This document shows, in pieces, positions 27,530 through 41,398 of a DNA stretch of 64,000 nt. The stretch spans positions 33,606,001-33,670,000 of the forward strand of contig NW_024704742.1 of the NCBI RefSeq assembly GCF_018977255.1, in the 5' to 3' direction. The notes under the pieces were generated by a model. It was given only the letters and a program-made list of their open reading frames with translations, made no database searches and was not told where the DNA came from. A program made the translations under genes and the position numbers. Position 1 is the stretch's first letter; every line of letters starts with the position of its first letter. Source of the DNA: Callorhinchus milii. Lineage: Eukaryota.

Positions 27530-28540
27530 GATCATAATATGTAGGAGCAGGAGTAGGCCATTTGGCCCCTCAAGCCTGCCCCAGCATTTAATAAGATCAT
27601 GGCTGATCTAACCTAATTCCATTTACCTGCCCTATCCCCATATCCCTCAATCCCTCTATCCTTTAGAAATCTATCAATGTCAGTCTTGAATATGTTCAAG
27701 GACTGAGCATCCACAGCCTTCTGGGGTAGAGAATTCCACAAATTCACTACCGTTTGAGTGAGGAAATGTTTCCTCAACTCAGTTCGAAAAGGCTGACCCT
27801 TAATCTTGAGACTATGACCCCTATGTTTTAGATTCTCCAACCGGGGAAACAGTCTCATGGCATCTACCCTATCAAGATCCTTAAGAATCTTATAGGTTAA
27901 TTCTTCTAATTCTATGCTCTAGAGAATGTAGGTCTAGTTTACTCAATCTATTCTCATAGGTCAACCCCCTCATCCCAGGAACCAACCTAGTGAACCTACG
28001 CTGCACCCCCTCTAAGGTGACTATGTCCTTTCTTAAATAAAGAGACCAAAGCTGCACACAATATTCTAGGTGCAGTCTCACCAAGGCCTTATACAACTGC
28101 AGAAAGACTTCCCTACTCTTGTACTCTAAACCTTTTGCAATGAACGCCAACATGGCATTAGCCTTCCTAGTTGCTTGCTATACCTGAATACTAACGTTTT
28201 TGTAACCTGTTCACAAGGACTCCCAAATCCCTCTGAACACTAACACTACCTAGTCTCTCCCCCTCTAGAAAATAATCTGCTTTTCTATTTTTACTACCGA
28301 GGTGAATAACTTCACACTTCCCCACATTATACTTCACCTGCCACCTTCCTGCCCACACACCTAGCCTGTCAATTTCCCTTTGAATTCTTTGTGTGTCATC
28401 CTCACAGCTTACTCTCCCACCTATCTTTGTATTGTCCATGAATTTAGATATGTTAAATTCTATTTCCTCATCTAAATCATTGATATAGATTGTAAATAAT
28501 TGAGGCTCAAGCACTGATCCTTGTGGCACTCCACTAGTCA
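27530..28540 (-). mobile_element. CR1 LINE 3' fragment
   Basis: TSGVPQGSVLEPQLFTIYINDLD, LYKALVRLHLEYCVQLW and VVNLWNSLPQKAV, then the CR1 3' UTR. Confidence 0.9.
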
Positions 28541-29510
28541 TATCCTGCCACGTTCTCCCGCCCTGCCCGCCCCACCATCGGTAGTTGGGCTTTCAGTCTA
28601 TCTGCTCCCACTCTCCGGAACTCCATGCCAGAGACCCTTTGCTTCACCCCTTTCCTCGCCTACTTCAATCCTAATCTCAAGATCTTTCTTTTTGACAGTA
28701 CCTTCAGTCATCTTTCTACCCTACTCTACCCTGGCTTGGCCCCTACCCCTCACGAATCCAACCCACAGCTTGGGTACAAACCTTCGACTGTGCATTGCCC
28801 TGGGACATCATCCGGATGTGAAAGGCACTACATAAATACAACTTGAGCCTGTGGGTTCCTCTCCCAGTGAGCTCATAATCTAGTATGACACTGTGGGAGA
28901 GCTGCATTACCAGAGGTGCTATCCTTGGATGAGATGTTATACCGATGTCTCATCTCCCTCACTGGCAGCGTTAGTTAGGCACATTCAACCCATATAATTG
29001 CATAGAGCCCGAGGCAGCAAGAGAGCCACTGCCGTTGTGAAAACTCATTGAAATTGTCTTCTCGCCAACCTAACCTGCTGGGGGGAGGGGGTGCTCGGGG
29101 TGAAGGACACCTCACCACAGCCACTCTGTGGCCACTAGCCAACACCGCCCACTAAGTTCAGTCGCCTGGGGACCCACGAGCAACATTGGTTGGGTCCCTG
29201 GAATCCAGCCAGCCCAGGAGACTGACTTGGTGGTGGATGGGGGGGGGGAGGATTAAGCTGGGTCTCCTTAGACACCTGAGCCAGACTGGGTCCAAGGTGA
29301 CATGTTTGGCAACTGAATGTCGCAATTGAGCCCGGCCTCTGTGGAGGTCTCGGTACTCCAGTTTCTGATTCATTTTTGATCAGCCGGGTGTCTGACACCT
29401 CACCATGTGTTATGTTCATCACCGTGTGTCAAAAATGGCCTGAACAAAAATAAATCAGAAACCCATCACCATGCTTATCAATATCCAAACCAGACAGAAT
29501 GTTCCATGTA

Positions 29511-29680
29511 ATAAAAACAGAAGTCGCTGGGAACACTGAGCAGGTCAGGCAGCATCTACGGAGAGAGGAAAGTGAGTTAATGTTTCAGGTTGATGCTGGC
29601 TGACCTGCTGAGTGTTCCCAGCGACTTCTGTTTTTATTTCAGATTTCCAGCATCTGCAGTATTTTGCCTTTTGTAGATTA
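29511..29680. mobile_element. Penelope-like terminal-repeat fold-back inserted into a family X copy
   Basis: Inverted arms AATAAAAACAGAAGTCGCTGGGAACACT..GCAGGTCAG and CTGACCTGC..AGTGTTCCCAGCGACTTCTGTTTTTATT, flanked by the direct repeat TTCCATGTA at 29502-29510 and 29681-29689. Confidence 0.6.
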
Positions 29681-30489
29681 TTCCATGTACGCCACCTACA
29701 TGTGGAAAATCCCAAGTTTGAATGAAATGCACACTCTCTTCCCTGGAGGGAAGCATCCTGCTTCCCTGATTCCGGAGAGAATTAGGTTGACAAGATCCAA
29801 GGCTTAGAGACCCAGAGGCTTGGGGTACTGCTGGAGTTTAACCAGCTGAAACCGCAGAGGGAATAATTGAGTACTGTATGGCAAACTTCCTGCTGCTTAT
29901 CAAGTGAGGAGCACCCTACCCATTAGAGCATTAACCCATTAGTAGCCAATTGCGCAACATCTCCCCGAGCCAGTCACTGTCTCTCCTCCCTTCTGCCTAC
30001 CTTAGCAACACAGTGGCCTGACAACAAGGCAGGGAGGGAAGGGATTAGTGATGGCCAGATTTATTGTCAAGAAGAGAAAGCGGTACATACAGAACGAGTG
30101 ACAGAAAAAAGTCAGTGGCTCACACTGATACCAAGAGAGAGACAGAGACAGAGAGACAGACACACACATACCCAGTTGGTAATATATATAGGGAATAATA
30201 TACAAAGGAAGACATTAAACAGGATGGCTGAAAAAGTGTTAATGGCACAAACAGAGGGGAGAGAGAGAGATACGTACAGAGATAGAGAGACTCTCACAGA
30301 GAAACTGAACGAGAGCCATTGGCACATGTAGAGGAAGAGGGAGAAAGAATGCCAAATCCAGAGTGAGAGATGGAGAGTGAGACAGTGATACACATGAGAG
30401 AGACTGACAGAAATCGCAAAATGAAACACCAAAAGTGAAACAGATATCAACAACTTGGACTTGGATGGCATCTCGGAGGGCAGATGAAC

Positions 30490-31180
30490 ATAACAACAAA
30501 AACAACAACAAAATTACATTTGTATAGCGCTTTTCACATCAGGAGGATGTCCCAAGGTGCTGGACAGACCTGAGCTGGGGGCTGGGGTTGGGGAGGGTGG
30601 AGGGTGGGGGAGAAGCAGGGAGATCGAAAGCATGGTCGAAGAGGAGGGTCTTGAAGGTGGCAAAAGAGGGGGCGAGGCGAGGGACCTCGGGATGGAGTTC
30701 CAAAGGGTGGGGGCAGAGTGGCGGAAGGCCCGCCTGCCAATAATGGGGCGGGTGAGGCAGGGGACATGAAGCAGGCTGGAGCTCGCTGAGCGGAGGGAGC
30801 GAGGAGGATGGTAGGGGGTTAGGAGGTTGCAGAGATAGTGGGGAGCAAAACTGTGGAGGGCTTTGAAAGTGAGGACCAGGATCTTGAACTCTATCCTCTG
30901 TGTGATAGGAAGCTAGTGGAGTTGGGCAAGGATGGGGGTGATAGGGTCACGAAGCCTAGTGCGGGAGAGGACACGGGCTGCAGAGTTCTGGATGATCTGC
31001 AGCCTGTGGAGGGAGGAGTTGCGAAGGCCAACAACCAATGAGTTTGCATAGTCGAACCTCGATGTAATGAAAGCGTGCATGAGGGTTTCGACGGCTTGTG
31101 GTGTGAGACAGTGTCGGAGCCGGGTGACGTTGCGGAGGTGGGGGAGGGCAGAGTGGGTCATGGTGCAGATGTGGGGTAGA
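30490..31180 (-). mobile_element. L2-clade LINE 3' fragment
   Basis: HAFITSRFDYANSLVVGL..LHRLQIIQNSAARVLSRTR followed by the L2 tail. Confidence 0.85.
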
Positions 31181-33034
31181 AAGGGTTTAACACTAATAGG
31201 AACACTAACCTGAGATATTTTGTGTGTGTTTACTGGGATGAGATAGACAAGAAAGAGACAAAGGAAAAGCACATTAATGGACAGAAAGCAACTTTGCTGT
31301 TGTTTTTAATATTTTTTGATATAATCCCCACATCCCAGGATACTCTTCTATAAATCCTGGGATTTTGGGAGCATCATTAGCGTATGGGATCCCAGGATCT
31401 GGATTCTCAGGATTTCAACCCCTGGATAAAACATTAATCCGAGGCCTACTAAAAATTCCATGATACCATTCAAAAGAGAAGGGAGAGTTTATCCCAGTGT
31501 CTTGGCCAATAATCTGCCAGCTAAAATTGGTCATTTCATGGCTGTTTGTGCGAAATTGCTGTGCAGAAATTGGCTGCCACATTTGCCTACAATTGTTATG
31601 CTTTATAGTAAATCCTGTGAAGCTCTTTGAGCTATTTCAATGGAATGATAAAAGGCGGTGCATTTTCCAATGCATAGGTTCTTCTTATTATTTTTAAACT
31701 AAGGACCTGGCTATGTGTTCAGGTGGATGTTAAAGATTCCAAGACAATAGGTGGAAAGAGAAGGGAGTTTCTCCTGGTGTCCTGACAGGCAATACTCCAG
31801 ATGAAATTAATCATTCTCTTCATGGCTGTCATGCCTGTTTGTGGGACAAATTGGCTCTTGTGTTCCCTACAAATGTAGCCACTACATGTACAGCAATTAC
31901 CTTTGAGACATTATTGCACCAAAGAATGATTCTGGAGACTTGTAGTTTAGTGATTAGAGCGCTAGCCTCACAAGCAAGAGGACCTGGGTTCAATTTCCAG
32001 TAAAACAAAACATTGGGCAAGTTTCCTTACTCCACGCGCCTCTGTTTACCAAGCAGAAGGTAGGAACTCGGTTGTTAGTCGATTGGTGGATCGGTTTTCC
32101 GGGGATAATAATCCCTTCAAAAAAAATTACCTCTGAGTCAGAAAATTGTGGGTTCAAGCCCCACACCGGACTTGGAACTCATATCATCTAAGATGATGCT
32201 CACTAAATGGCTGTTGTGGGACATTGCTGTGCACAACTGGCTGCTGCATTTCACTCACAAAATACAAAGTATATTATTGTTATTATTATTGGAACCAAAC
32301 TGACACTTTAACCTCAGCTCTGCTTAAAACCTTGATAACTGATATTTCTGTGCTTCCTTTATCAATTCATAGCCTAGGAATTTAGTTATCCCGAGGCCAA
32401 AGCAACTGACATACGACTATCTCGGTTTATGCATGTTTCATGTCAGGAATGTGTGGAATGCCTTTAAATTCAATTGACTTTGGCACAATGCACAATGCTA
32501 ATTAGATTGAACTAATCCCATCTCTGGGTAGATGATGGACACTTAAGTCTCGCATACATCGTGCATTTTTCTAATGGGACTCAAATGGGTAAAGGAACTG
32601 CTTGTATGCATCCTCATTAACAAAACAGCAGTATCTTTCAGTGTCATCTCCTTTCTGCTGCCCTATATTTACTATGTAAATACCATTCTCTCCTACTTTT
32701 ATATTAACTTGATTCAATTCAGTCTATCCAACAAGTCTAGGTTTTAACTTATTTATTACTCATTTGTCAACATATCTGAATGGATTAAATTCCAAAATTC
32801 CAAAGAGCAAGCTGGTGATATTGAGTCCAGAGTCCTCTCACATCACATAATTGGCCGGCCAAAATATGCAGATACCTCAATTTTATTTGGTTAGCTAGGT
32901 ATCTGACACATGTGAAACCCATCACCAAGCTTAAGAGTATCTAAACCAGAGTTCTACATTTGTATACTACCTACAAGTGTCTAGAATGGAATACACTCTA
33001 CTTACCTAATTCCAGAGGGCATCACACATTTTGT

Positions 33035-33390
33035 GTCCTGTATCTTAGTGGTGAGGGCACTCGCCTCGCAAGCGAGAGGAGCTGGGTTCGATTCCTGGCA
33101 GGACGAAACGTTGGGCAAGTTTCCTTACTCCGCACGCCTCTGTTTACCTAGCAGTTAGTAGGAACCCGCTTGTTTGTTGACTGGTGGATCGCTTTTCCGA
33201 GGGTAATAATCCGTTTTTAAAAAAAATGTGGTCACTCAATCAACGACTGTTTCTGGGACATTACTGTGTTGAATTGGTTGTAGCGTTTCACCCACAAAAT
33301 GTAGCCAATTCACTTACAATATAGTCCGTGAAGTGCTTTGGAACGTCTCAAAGATATAAGGCGCTACATCAAATGAAATTATTATTATTA
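33035..33390 (+). mobile_element. tRNA-derived SINE inserted in a family X copy
   Basis: Head with GGGTTCGATTCC and an (ATT)n tail. Family X sequence lies on both sides (32885-33020 and 33390-33520). Confidence 0.75.
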
Positions 33391-35619
33391 TGTTGGCAAG
33401 AACCAAGGCAGGAGAACCCAGAGTGTGTATTGTGGTACCACTGAAATGTAACCAGCTAAAAGCACACAGCTTGTGATTGAGCATTGTCTGGCAAGTTTCC
33501 CACTGCTAGAACTATTCTATTAGTTAGGGCTTTGATGTTCAGGACTAACATTTGTCAAAAACCTTAAGCATGGCATTATGTTTCCACATGTGTCAGACAT
33601 TCAGCGGTCAAAGAAAATGTAAGCAGTCAGAAACGTATTCTTAGAGTTTCTTTTTATTGAGAAACCTAGGTGATGGGCGATGGCCCATTCAATATGTAGG
33701 GCACCATCAAGGCTTAAAGGTAACAAATAACAAGGCGACTTTCACGTTCGGAGGACATAATAAAGTGTTGCATACAGTCTGAGTTGGCAGTGGGGAGCAG
33801 TGTAGCGAGAAGCGGGAGAAGAAAGGTGGCCGAAAGCAGTCAGAGAATTTTTATGGCAGGTTTTAAGTAGATGGGCAGGGAGTAAGATGGAAGCACTGTA
33901 AACCTCAATCTCTCCTCCTTGCACCCTATCTACCCTCTTTCAAGTTCTGCCTGTAGACTTTCCTGTTCAACCGTGCTTACAGCCACCTCCCCCCGGCTCG
34001 GAGTCAGGCTCTGCCACTGTTAAGCGCTCTGAGACGCTACCCTGCGTGGAGGGTGCTATATAAGTCCAAGTTGTTGTTGTTGTTGTAAAGAGTGGGGACA
34101 GAATGGCTTAAGCCTTGCTCACAAATGGGCACGGTGCAGATGGTGAATGCAAAGCAGATTTTTCGTAAGTGGAGGAAATTGCTGGAGTAGTCACTGATGG
34201 GTCAGTGATCTTGTTAAATACAATATATTGTAATATTATTATATAAATACAAGACTTGCCTGTGATATTTATTCACAAAGTTTCAAATGTGAAATGTCTG
34301 CATTCCCTCTTTAATTTTTTAAATTAATATAACATTCTCGGTTAACAACTCCCAGTTAGTTGATTGGTGGATCGCTTTTCCGGGGGTAATAATTCCTTCA
34401 GAAAAAAATTGGGCACTCAATCCACGACTGTTTGTGGGACACTGCTGTGCAAAATTGGCTGCCGCGTTTCACCCACAAAATATACAGTCAATTCACTTTA
34501 CAGTATGTTCTGTAAAGGGCTTTGAGACGTCTCAAAGACGTGATAAGCCACTATATCAAATGCAAGGATTATTATTCATTGAATCTTGTAAAATTTGCAA
34601 ATTACCACCTTCCACTACCCAATTCATCATAACTTGAATTATGAAATTGTGACTGTAATCTTTTTACAAAGGATGCTAAGAACGTGAAAAATCATTTTTT
34701 TAAAAAAATAACTCAATGGGCAGCAGTTTTATTAGGATTTTTCCTATTATTAGGATTTAACAACATAACAGTAACTCAAAAGAATGAACAAATATGGATC
34801 ACAAATAGTATGCGAGGCAAATACAATTTTTCTTTTCTATAAAATTTGTCTCGTACATTGTTTTTCTCAAATCTGTGCTGCAGCGTTTAATTGAAGAACC
34901 AGTGTTCATTTTAATGGTCAAACTGAACCCTGACAGATGCCTAGTCAGACCCATGTAATTGGAACTCATTATAAAATGCACCCATCATCTGGGTAACCCA
35001 AGCACTGTATCAGTCTGCTCATTCGTACTTATTAAAGTATTTTTCTTTATCCCCAGGTAAGAGAATAGCCATAAATCATTTTTATTACTTTCAACTGTTA
35101 AGAATATTTTTGCAACGCAATGGAAAGTGTCCAAATTAAGAATGAATTTAAGACGATTTCATTTCCACAATTTTAAAACAATCCTGCAGGCTAAAACGAG
35201 GTGGAATGATTCGCCTTTTGATGGCTCAATAATCATAATATGGCCTCAGCTTCCCCCTCCACCTAAATCTGGAGGTCCAAGGACTACGGACATGAACTTT
35301 CACTCCACCAATACACAAACCAAACATTGCGAAACACCGAGGCGAGTACTCAAGATAGCTTCAGCAAGACTGAGAAAGCTAGAGATTGTCGTGGTGCCTG
35401 TGGTGCTTTCAGCTTTCTAAATTATGGTGAATAGTTTCTCAGCATTAATAACTAACAACATAACAACATAAACAACAACAACATAAAAACACTTTCGTGG
35501 AATTCTAAAAAAATCCTCATGTTAGTTACAAAATAAAATCAACTGTAAAAAAGCATATTTCAGCACCCACCTCTACCGCTATGGGTAAAGGTACAACCTG
35601 AGACAGCAAGACACACAAG

Positions 35620-35950
35620 CTAGCAGGTCATAGGCTTGAATTCCTCAGAATCTGTGCTGAGTTTATTCATTTTAGCTGAAGTGCCGCTACAATTGTCCAC
35701 AGCGTTTTGTGATTTGGAAGGGAACATTAGTGAGGGCTCTCGTTCCGGAGAACTCTGCTGGAAGGAGCAAGTCTGAGGCTGTGGATGTGAACACGATTGG
35801 GCTCAGCTGTGATAATCCTGTGCTCAAAAAGCCTGACAACACTCATAGGCTTACACGTGAATAACGTCCATTTGGATGAGATAGCGGAGGGGAATTGGCT
35901 CCTATGAACCCATATTAGGTAGAAGGAAATATGATTCACTCAGTTTGGGA
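35620..35950 (+). repeat. Old SINE-like dispersed repeat (second family)
   Basis: TCTGTGCTGAGTT...CTACAATTG...CTGCTGGAA...CTCAGCTGTGAT motifs recur in diverged form at about 2160, 20760 (minus), 39310 (minus) and 54600. Confidence 0.45.
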
Positions 35951-36631
35951 GGGGGGGGGGGGAAGTGAGTAGAGAATTAGAGCTGTACATAAAAATACAT
36001 GAGAAAATGTTTATCGGGAGCAAAACTCAAGAGGTAATAATAATAATCCTTGCATTTGATATAGCGCGGTATCACGTCAATGAGACGTTTCAAAGCGCTT
36101 CACAGGACATATTGTAAAGTGAATTGACTGTATTTTGTGGGTAAAATGGTAGATGCACACTCATTCATGGAAGCCGCTATTTGTTCATCATTAAAAAAAT
36201 ACAATGTAAAATTTAGTTCTCAAAGTGTGTATTCTACAAGGTACTGTATTTTGGCTTTGCAGTGCCAAACATTTTGTGTGGGTGTGGAGTAAAGCAAAAT
36301 GCAGTAATTTTATAATAATTATTCACAGCACCTGGTTATTCTTTCCTTGCGATTTACAACTTCAACCTGGCAAACGATTTCATGCAAAATATATATCTAC
36401 CTTCAATGGTGGAAGCTGAAGGGGGGGGGGGGGGGTTTGGGGGTGGAAGTGGGGAAACTGAGGAAAAAAAGGAAGTACTCAACTGTGAATGACCCAGTGA
36501 ATACTAAACACATTTACCCACCTCCTGAGGATCAGGAGAGAATGACATTCCAATAGATTTAAGAGTTAAGTATCCCTTGAAAGCAGATTCCTTTCTGTAG
36601 GAGCAGTGGTCTTCATTCATCAAATTAAGGC

Positions 36632-36709
36632 CCACCACATGCAGTGAGTCAATCCCTGCATATTAAAAGTCTCCACCACATGCAGTGTCAATCCTTGCAT
36701 ATTAAAAGC
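36632..36709. repeat. About 40-bp tandem duplication
   Basis: CCACCACATGCAGTG(AG)TCAATCCYTGCATATTAAAAG occurs twice. Confidence 0.85.
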
Positions 36710-38238
36710 CCACAGGAAAGCACAGGAATCTACCTCCTTGAATGTCCATATCAGAACATCCCACCCCTTCATATGCAATAGATTCAGCTTCCCCTACTGT
36801 TCTCCCTCTCTCCACAGGCTCCATTCACCCTGAGCACTATTCAACCAGTTGCCTATTTCCCCTCCCCCATCACAAGATCTGGGGGTGGGGGGGAGAGAAG
36901 AGAAAGATTGTTGGCAGATGATTCCAACTTACTTTATCCAAGGGTTCTGTACTGAGTAGGAAAGTAAAGGCTGTAAATAAAAACCTCATCTGTAGAGGAT
37001 CCAATGCTGTCCATAAACATAGGTAGATTGTTGAAGCTTGTGAAAATATGATGAATATGGGGGGGGAAATGTTCCACATGGAGTGACAATCAGCTCCAGG
37101 AGGGCAGTGTTGGCTAGTTTACATTCAGTCATTTCACAAACCATCAAGAAAATAAACAGAATTGGGTGTATTTTTTAATACATTTAAAAAATGTGTTAAT
37201 TTTAACACTTAAAGGCACAAGTTCCCCACACAGACATCCGCAAAGACACCTGGAAATGGGGGAGAACTCAAAACAACACTCTGTATCAGCAGCACAGGCC
37301 TGTATGGTCTCAGTATCTAACAGGGAGGGAGGTTTTTACATCGCTTCAGTAGAGCATATACCATAGCCAGTTAAATATAAACAATGCATTTTTTTAAAAA
37401 AACACATGTTTATTAGGGTAATAATAAAACGTGTTTTTTAAAAAAAATCATATTCAACTCTCACCCCCATGAATTTCCTGTCAATGTGGCTCAATACTGA
37501 ATCTAGAAAAAGATTCAGACCTGATTTTCTGAATATTTGTGTAGATCTATCACTGTTAACAAAGCAGCACACAAATGCAGTTATGCATGTTCTTCACACA
37601 TGCCTGCTTGCAAACAGGCATTTACAATTAAACACTATTCAGCAAAGTGAATCTTAGGGGAATGGATTTAAATCACAAGTTTAAAATGATTATTTTAAGG
37701 CTGTGCCTTCAGCCACTATGCCCCAATGCTCTGGAACTCCCTTCCTCACTCCCTTCGCCTCGCCCCCTCTCTTCCTATTTTCAGGTCTCGGGTGAAGACT
37801 TTCTTTTCGACCACGCCTTTGGTCATCTTCCTCCCCCTCCCCCCGGCTCGGCCCCGGGATCCGTTACTATGAAGCGCTCTGAGACGCCGGTCCGGCGTGG
37901 AGGGTGCTATATAAATCCAAGTTGTTGTATTATTCAACCTAATTTTCCATTGTAACATGTCTAATATACCTACAGCTGTTTTAAAAAAAACGTAAACGAT
38001 CATTGGAATCGATTTATGCCTTTATGTCAAAGAATGTACAACAGATCCAATCTCACACAACTCAGAGAAGTATAACAACTCAGTCAATTTTTTTTTCAAA
38101 TGTGGCTGTGAACAGCTTCTGCACAACAATATTTGCATGTACAGTAACACGACAATCATTTAGAAACTCCCTGAAGTACAGTTTGCAAAGTAAAAAAATA
38201 ATCATTTTGACTGAAAGAAGACATTAGAAACTGTGTGT

Positions 38239-38319
38239 TCAGTCTTCCTGGGAAAAACGAATATGTTTCCCAGTTTTCTGTGTCCTGGCAGCAATTATTT
38301 TTTCCGCCTTGACAATCAA
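38239..38319 (-). CDS. LARP7: LARP7 last coding exon
   Basis: Acceptor TTGCAG|, phase 0, LIVKAEKIIAARTQKTGKHIRFSQED* (human [26 protein letters not shown]). Confidence 0.93.
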   Translation of the reverse strand: MIVKAEKIIAARTQKTGKHIRFSQED

Positions 38320-38811
38320 CTGCAACAGAAAAACATTTTAAAGTTTATTTTTTTCACCCCTACTTTTAAAAAAAAGTTTGAAAGCAAATGGCATATTCTT
38401 TATATTGAAGATTTTTCTTTCACAAGTTAAAAAGATTGATATTTGTGCAGCCAGATTGCCCTAGCTGTTCTTTTTTTTGGTTTGCAGGACTGAGGACAGG
38501 TCACCACCGACTTTACCATGGATTACTACTATGCATCTGTCTACCCTTGACAGGTAAGTTATAACGTGGGATGTACTTTCACGTGGGAGTTGCTATACAA
38601 ATGTAATTTTGAATTGTATCTGATAGGGGGGAGCCTATCAACTCCTCCAAAGAGTAACTCTGTATGGATATGATACTCAACCTCAAAAGGGTGAAGCCGT
38701 GTGGACCTAGGGGATTCAAATCAAAACCTTCCACTCTCAAATCTGATGGATCTACCCAGCATGGTCAGGCCTTTGATAGCAACAATAATGCTGTAAATTC
38801 TTTACAACTAC

Positions 38812-38903
38812 CTTCTCCATGCCTCTTTTTTTGTCCCGTGGTCGGTTTAGCTTTGCTTGTCTATCCACCAAAATCTTCTGCCAGTAACGTTGTTCCCCAT
38901 CAC
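38812..38903 (-). CDS. LARP7: LARP7 exon (xRRM C-terminal helix)
   Basis: TAG|...|GTAGTT, 92 nt, (G)[30 protein letters not shown]. Confidence 0.95.
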
Positions 38904-40135
38904 CTAGTTAGACGAAACAAGACAATGAATAAAGCAAACAGAAGAGGCAGCATTCTTTTACCTTGCGGAAAATAAACCAAGTTTGATCCCTGGTTGTGGC
39001 AGGATGTTTTAATTCAGGACCAGATTTACTTATTTTATCTTATACTTTGCAAAATAAAATTCTACACCTATAGTTATTTGGATCACTGTGCAAACTGTGT
39101 TTGAACATAAGAAATAGGAGCAGGAGTAGGCCATTCGGCCCCTCGAACCTGCCTTGCCAGTTAATAAGATCATAGCTGATCTTCTAAGCTAAGTCCATTT
39201 ACCCGCCCCATCCCAATTATGAAATATGAAATTTTTGTAAATATGAAAACCTTTAGCACACCAACCCATTATTTTGCTTGCCCTATTCTTTCTCTTTCGC
39301 TCTAGGTGCTTAACTCATTTGTTGTTCAGCTGGGATACAGTTCCACAGGGACTGGTCACCTCCTGATAACTCTTGACAACTCAAAGTGTCCACTATTCAT
39401 AACTGAGCCTTGATCATGATCAGTGGCAGGCTATTGAACTGCAATAATGTCACAGCTGAAACTAGTCCTGTATTTCCTTAATCAATATCCACACATAAAC
39501 ATGCCATCAGCAGGGAGATGTGCATATAATAATCCTTACATTTGATATAATGCCTTTCGGGTCGGTATTTCACAGAATTTAAGAATAGTGACTGAGAATG
39601 CAGGTTCATATCCTATTCATAAGAACATAAGAATTTGCTCGTCAAAAAAAGACCAAGGTTCATTTAGTTTGCCCTCCACAATCCTGGCAGTCGCTTGACA
39701 TTCTCAGCCACTGGGTTCCGTTTTGCTCGGAACATGACAAGAGACTGCAATGACTTCCACAAATGCTCTATTTCCTCTCAGCCTGCCTTATAGGGAGTTG
39801 TTGAACCTGCACCTGGCAACACACTGCAGTGGTCCTGCTAAGTGTGGTAAAAGTGAGCCCCCATCCCACAAGGCACCGAGAGGTGTTGGCGCTACAGTGC
39901 AATGCTTTATTCATTACATTTTTATCATTATGTAATTATAGAATGAGAAATTAGATATTTTACCACAGCTCTTCCAATGTACATGTGATAAATGAATTGC
40001 ATCAGGGCCTAAACTAAATGATAATAATAATAATCCTTATATTTGATATAGTGCCTTTAATATGAGGAGGACACCTCAAAGCAGTTCACAGGAGTATATT
40101 ATAAAGTACTATAAAGTGCTGTGAGTGTATTTAGT

Positions 40136-40997
40136 CCTGGATGAGAGCTAACTTTCTTCAGTTGAACGTCAACAAGACCGAGGCTCTCCTGATTGGCTCC
40201 CGTCAGCGCCTCCTCACCTCAGGCGCTGACAGCATCACCATCCATGGTTGCACACTCCACCTTACTAATCCAGTCCGGAACCTTGGGGTCTTGTTTGACC
40301 CTCAACTATCCTTTCTACCCCACATCCATGCCATGACCTGCTCTGCCTTCCCCCACCTCCACAACGTTGTCCGGCTCCGACACTGTCTCACACCGCAGGC
40401 CACCAAAACCCTCATACACGCCTTCATTACATCGAGGCTCGATTATGCAAACTCACTGCTTGTTGGTCTCCCCAACTCCTCTCTCCACAGGCTGCAGATC
40501 ATCCAGAACTCTGCAACCCGTGTCCTCTCCCGCACCAGGCTCCATGACCCTCTCATCCCCATCCTCGCCCGACTCCACTGGCTTCTCATCACACAGAGAA
40601 TACAGTTCAAGATCCTCCACGGTCTTGCTCCCACCTAACTCTCCGACTTCCTAATCCCCTATCACTCTGTTAGCTCCCTCTGCTCAGCAGGCTCCGCCTG
40701 CTTCACGTACCCCGTCTTGCTTGCCCCACTATCAGCGGGCGGCCTTCCGCCACTCTGCACCCACCCTCTGGAACTCCATCCCGCAGTCCCTCTATCTTGC
40801 CCCCTGCCTTGCTACCTTCAAGACCCCCACCTCAAGACCCTCCTCTTCAACTGTACTTTTGATCTCCCTGCTTCCCCACCTCTGCCCACCCCCCTCCCCC
40901 ACCCTGACCCTCAGCTCGGGTCCGTAACTCTGTCTGTCCAGCGCCTTGGGATGTCCTCCCGATGTGAAAGGCGCTATACAAATGTAATTTTGTTGTC
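40136..40997 (+). mobile_element. L2-clade LINE 3' fragment
   Basis: WMRANFLQLNVNKTE..VRNLGVLFD..SRLDYANSLL..LHWL plus the tail GGCGCTATACAAATGTAATTTTGTTG. Confidence 0.9.
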
Positions 40998-41238
40998 GTT
41001 TTTAAGTGATATCAATAAACACTACAAATAGCCTCAATATTGATGGACTAGGGAGAAGGGGTACAGCAATACAACAATTCTATGTATAACGCCAGATTTT
41101 TTGTAAGAAGTTCTATTCCTTAATTATAATAGAGTGGTTTGGAAAAAAACTTCTCATGGTCCAGACATACTGACATCCTCTCATACAACTTAAACCTTTG
41201 TTCACACTACAACAAATAGGATTTTGATATTTGCTGAC

Positions 41239-41398
41239 CTGTGAGAAGCTCAAGTTTCCAGTGGTACTTGTCCTGAATCTGCCGGTGTGCAGCAAGCAGA
41301 GTCTGAGCATCTTCTGGACATTTGAACCGAACATGTCCTTCAGTATCTCCCTCCAGCAGGTCCACATACAAAACCTCTGATATCTCCATCAATGCGTC
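41239..41398 (-). CDS. LARP7: LARP7 exon (xRRM)
   Basis: AAG|...CAG|GTCAGC, 160 nt, [53 protein letters not shown]. Confidence 0.95.

Noticed and set aside
35300..35416. KAES... as the LARP7 last exon
   Set aside because: The true last exon, ending KHIRFSQED*, is at 38239-38319.
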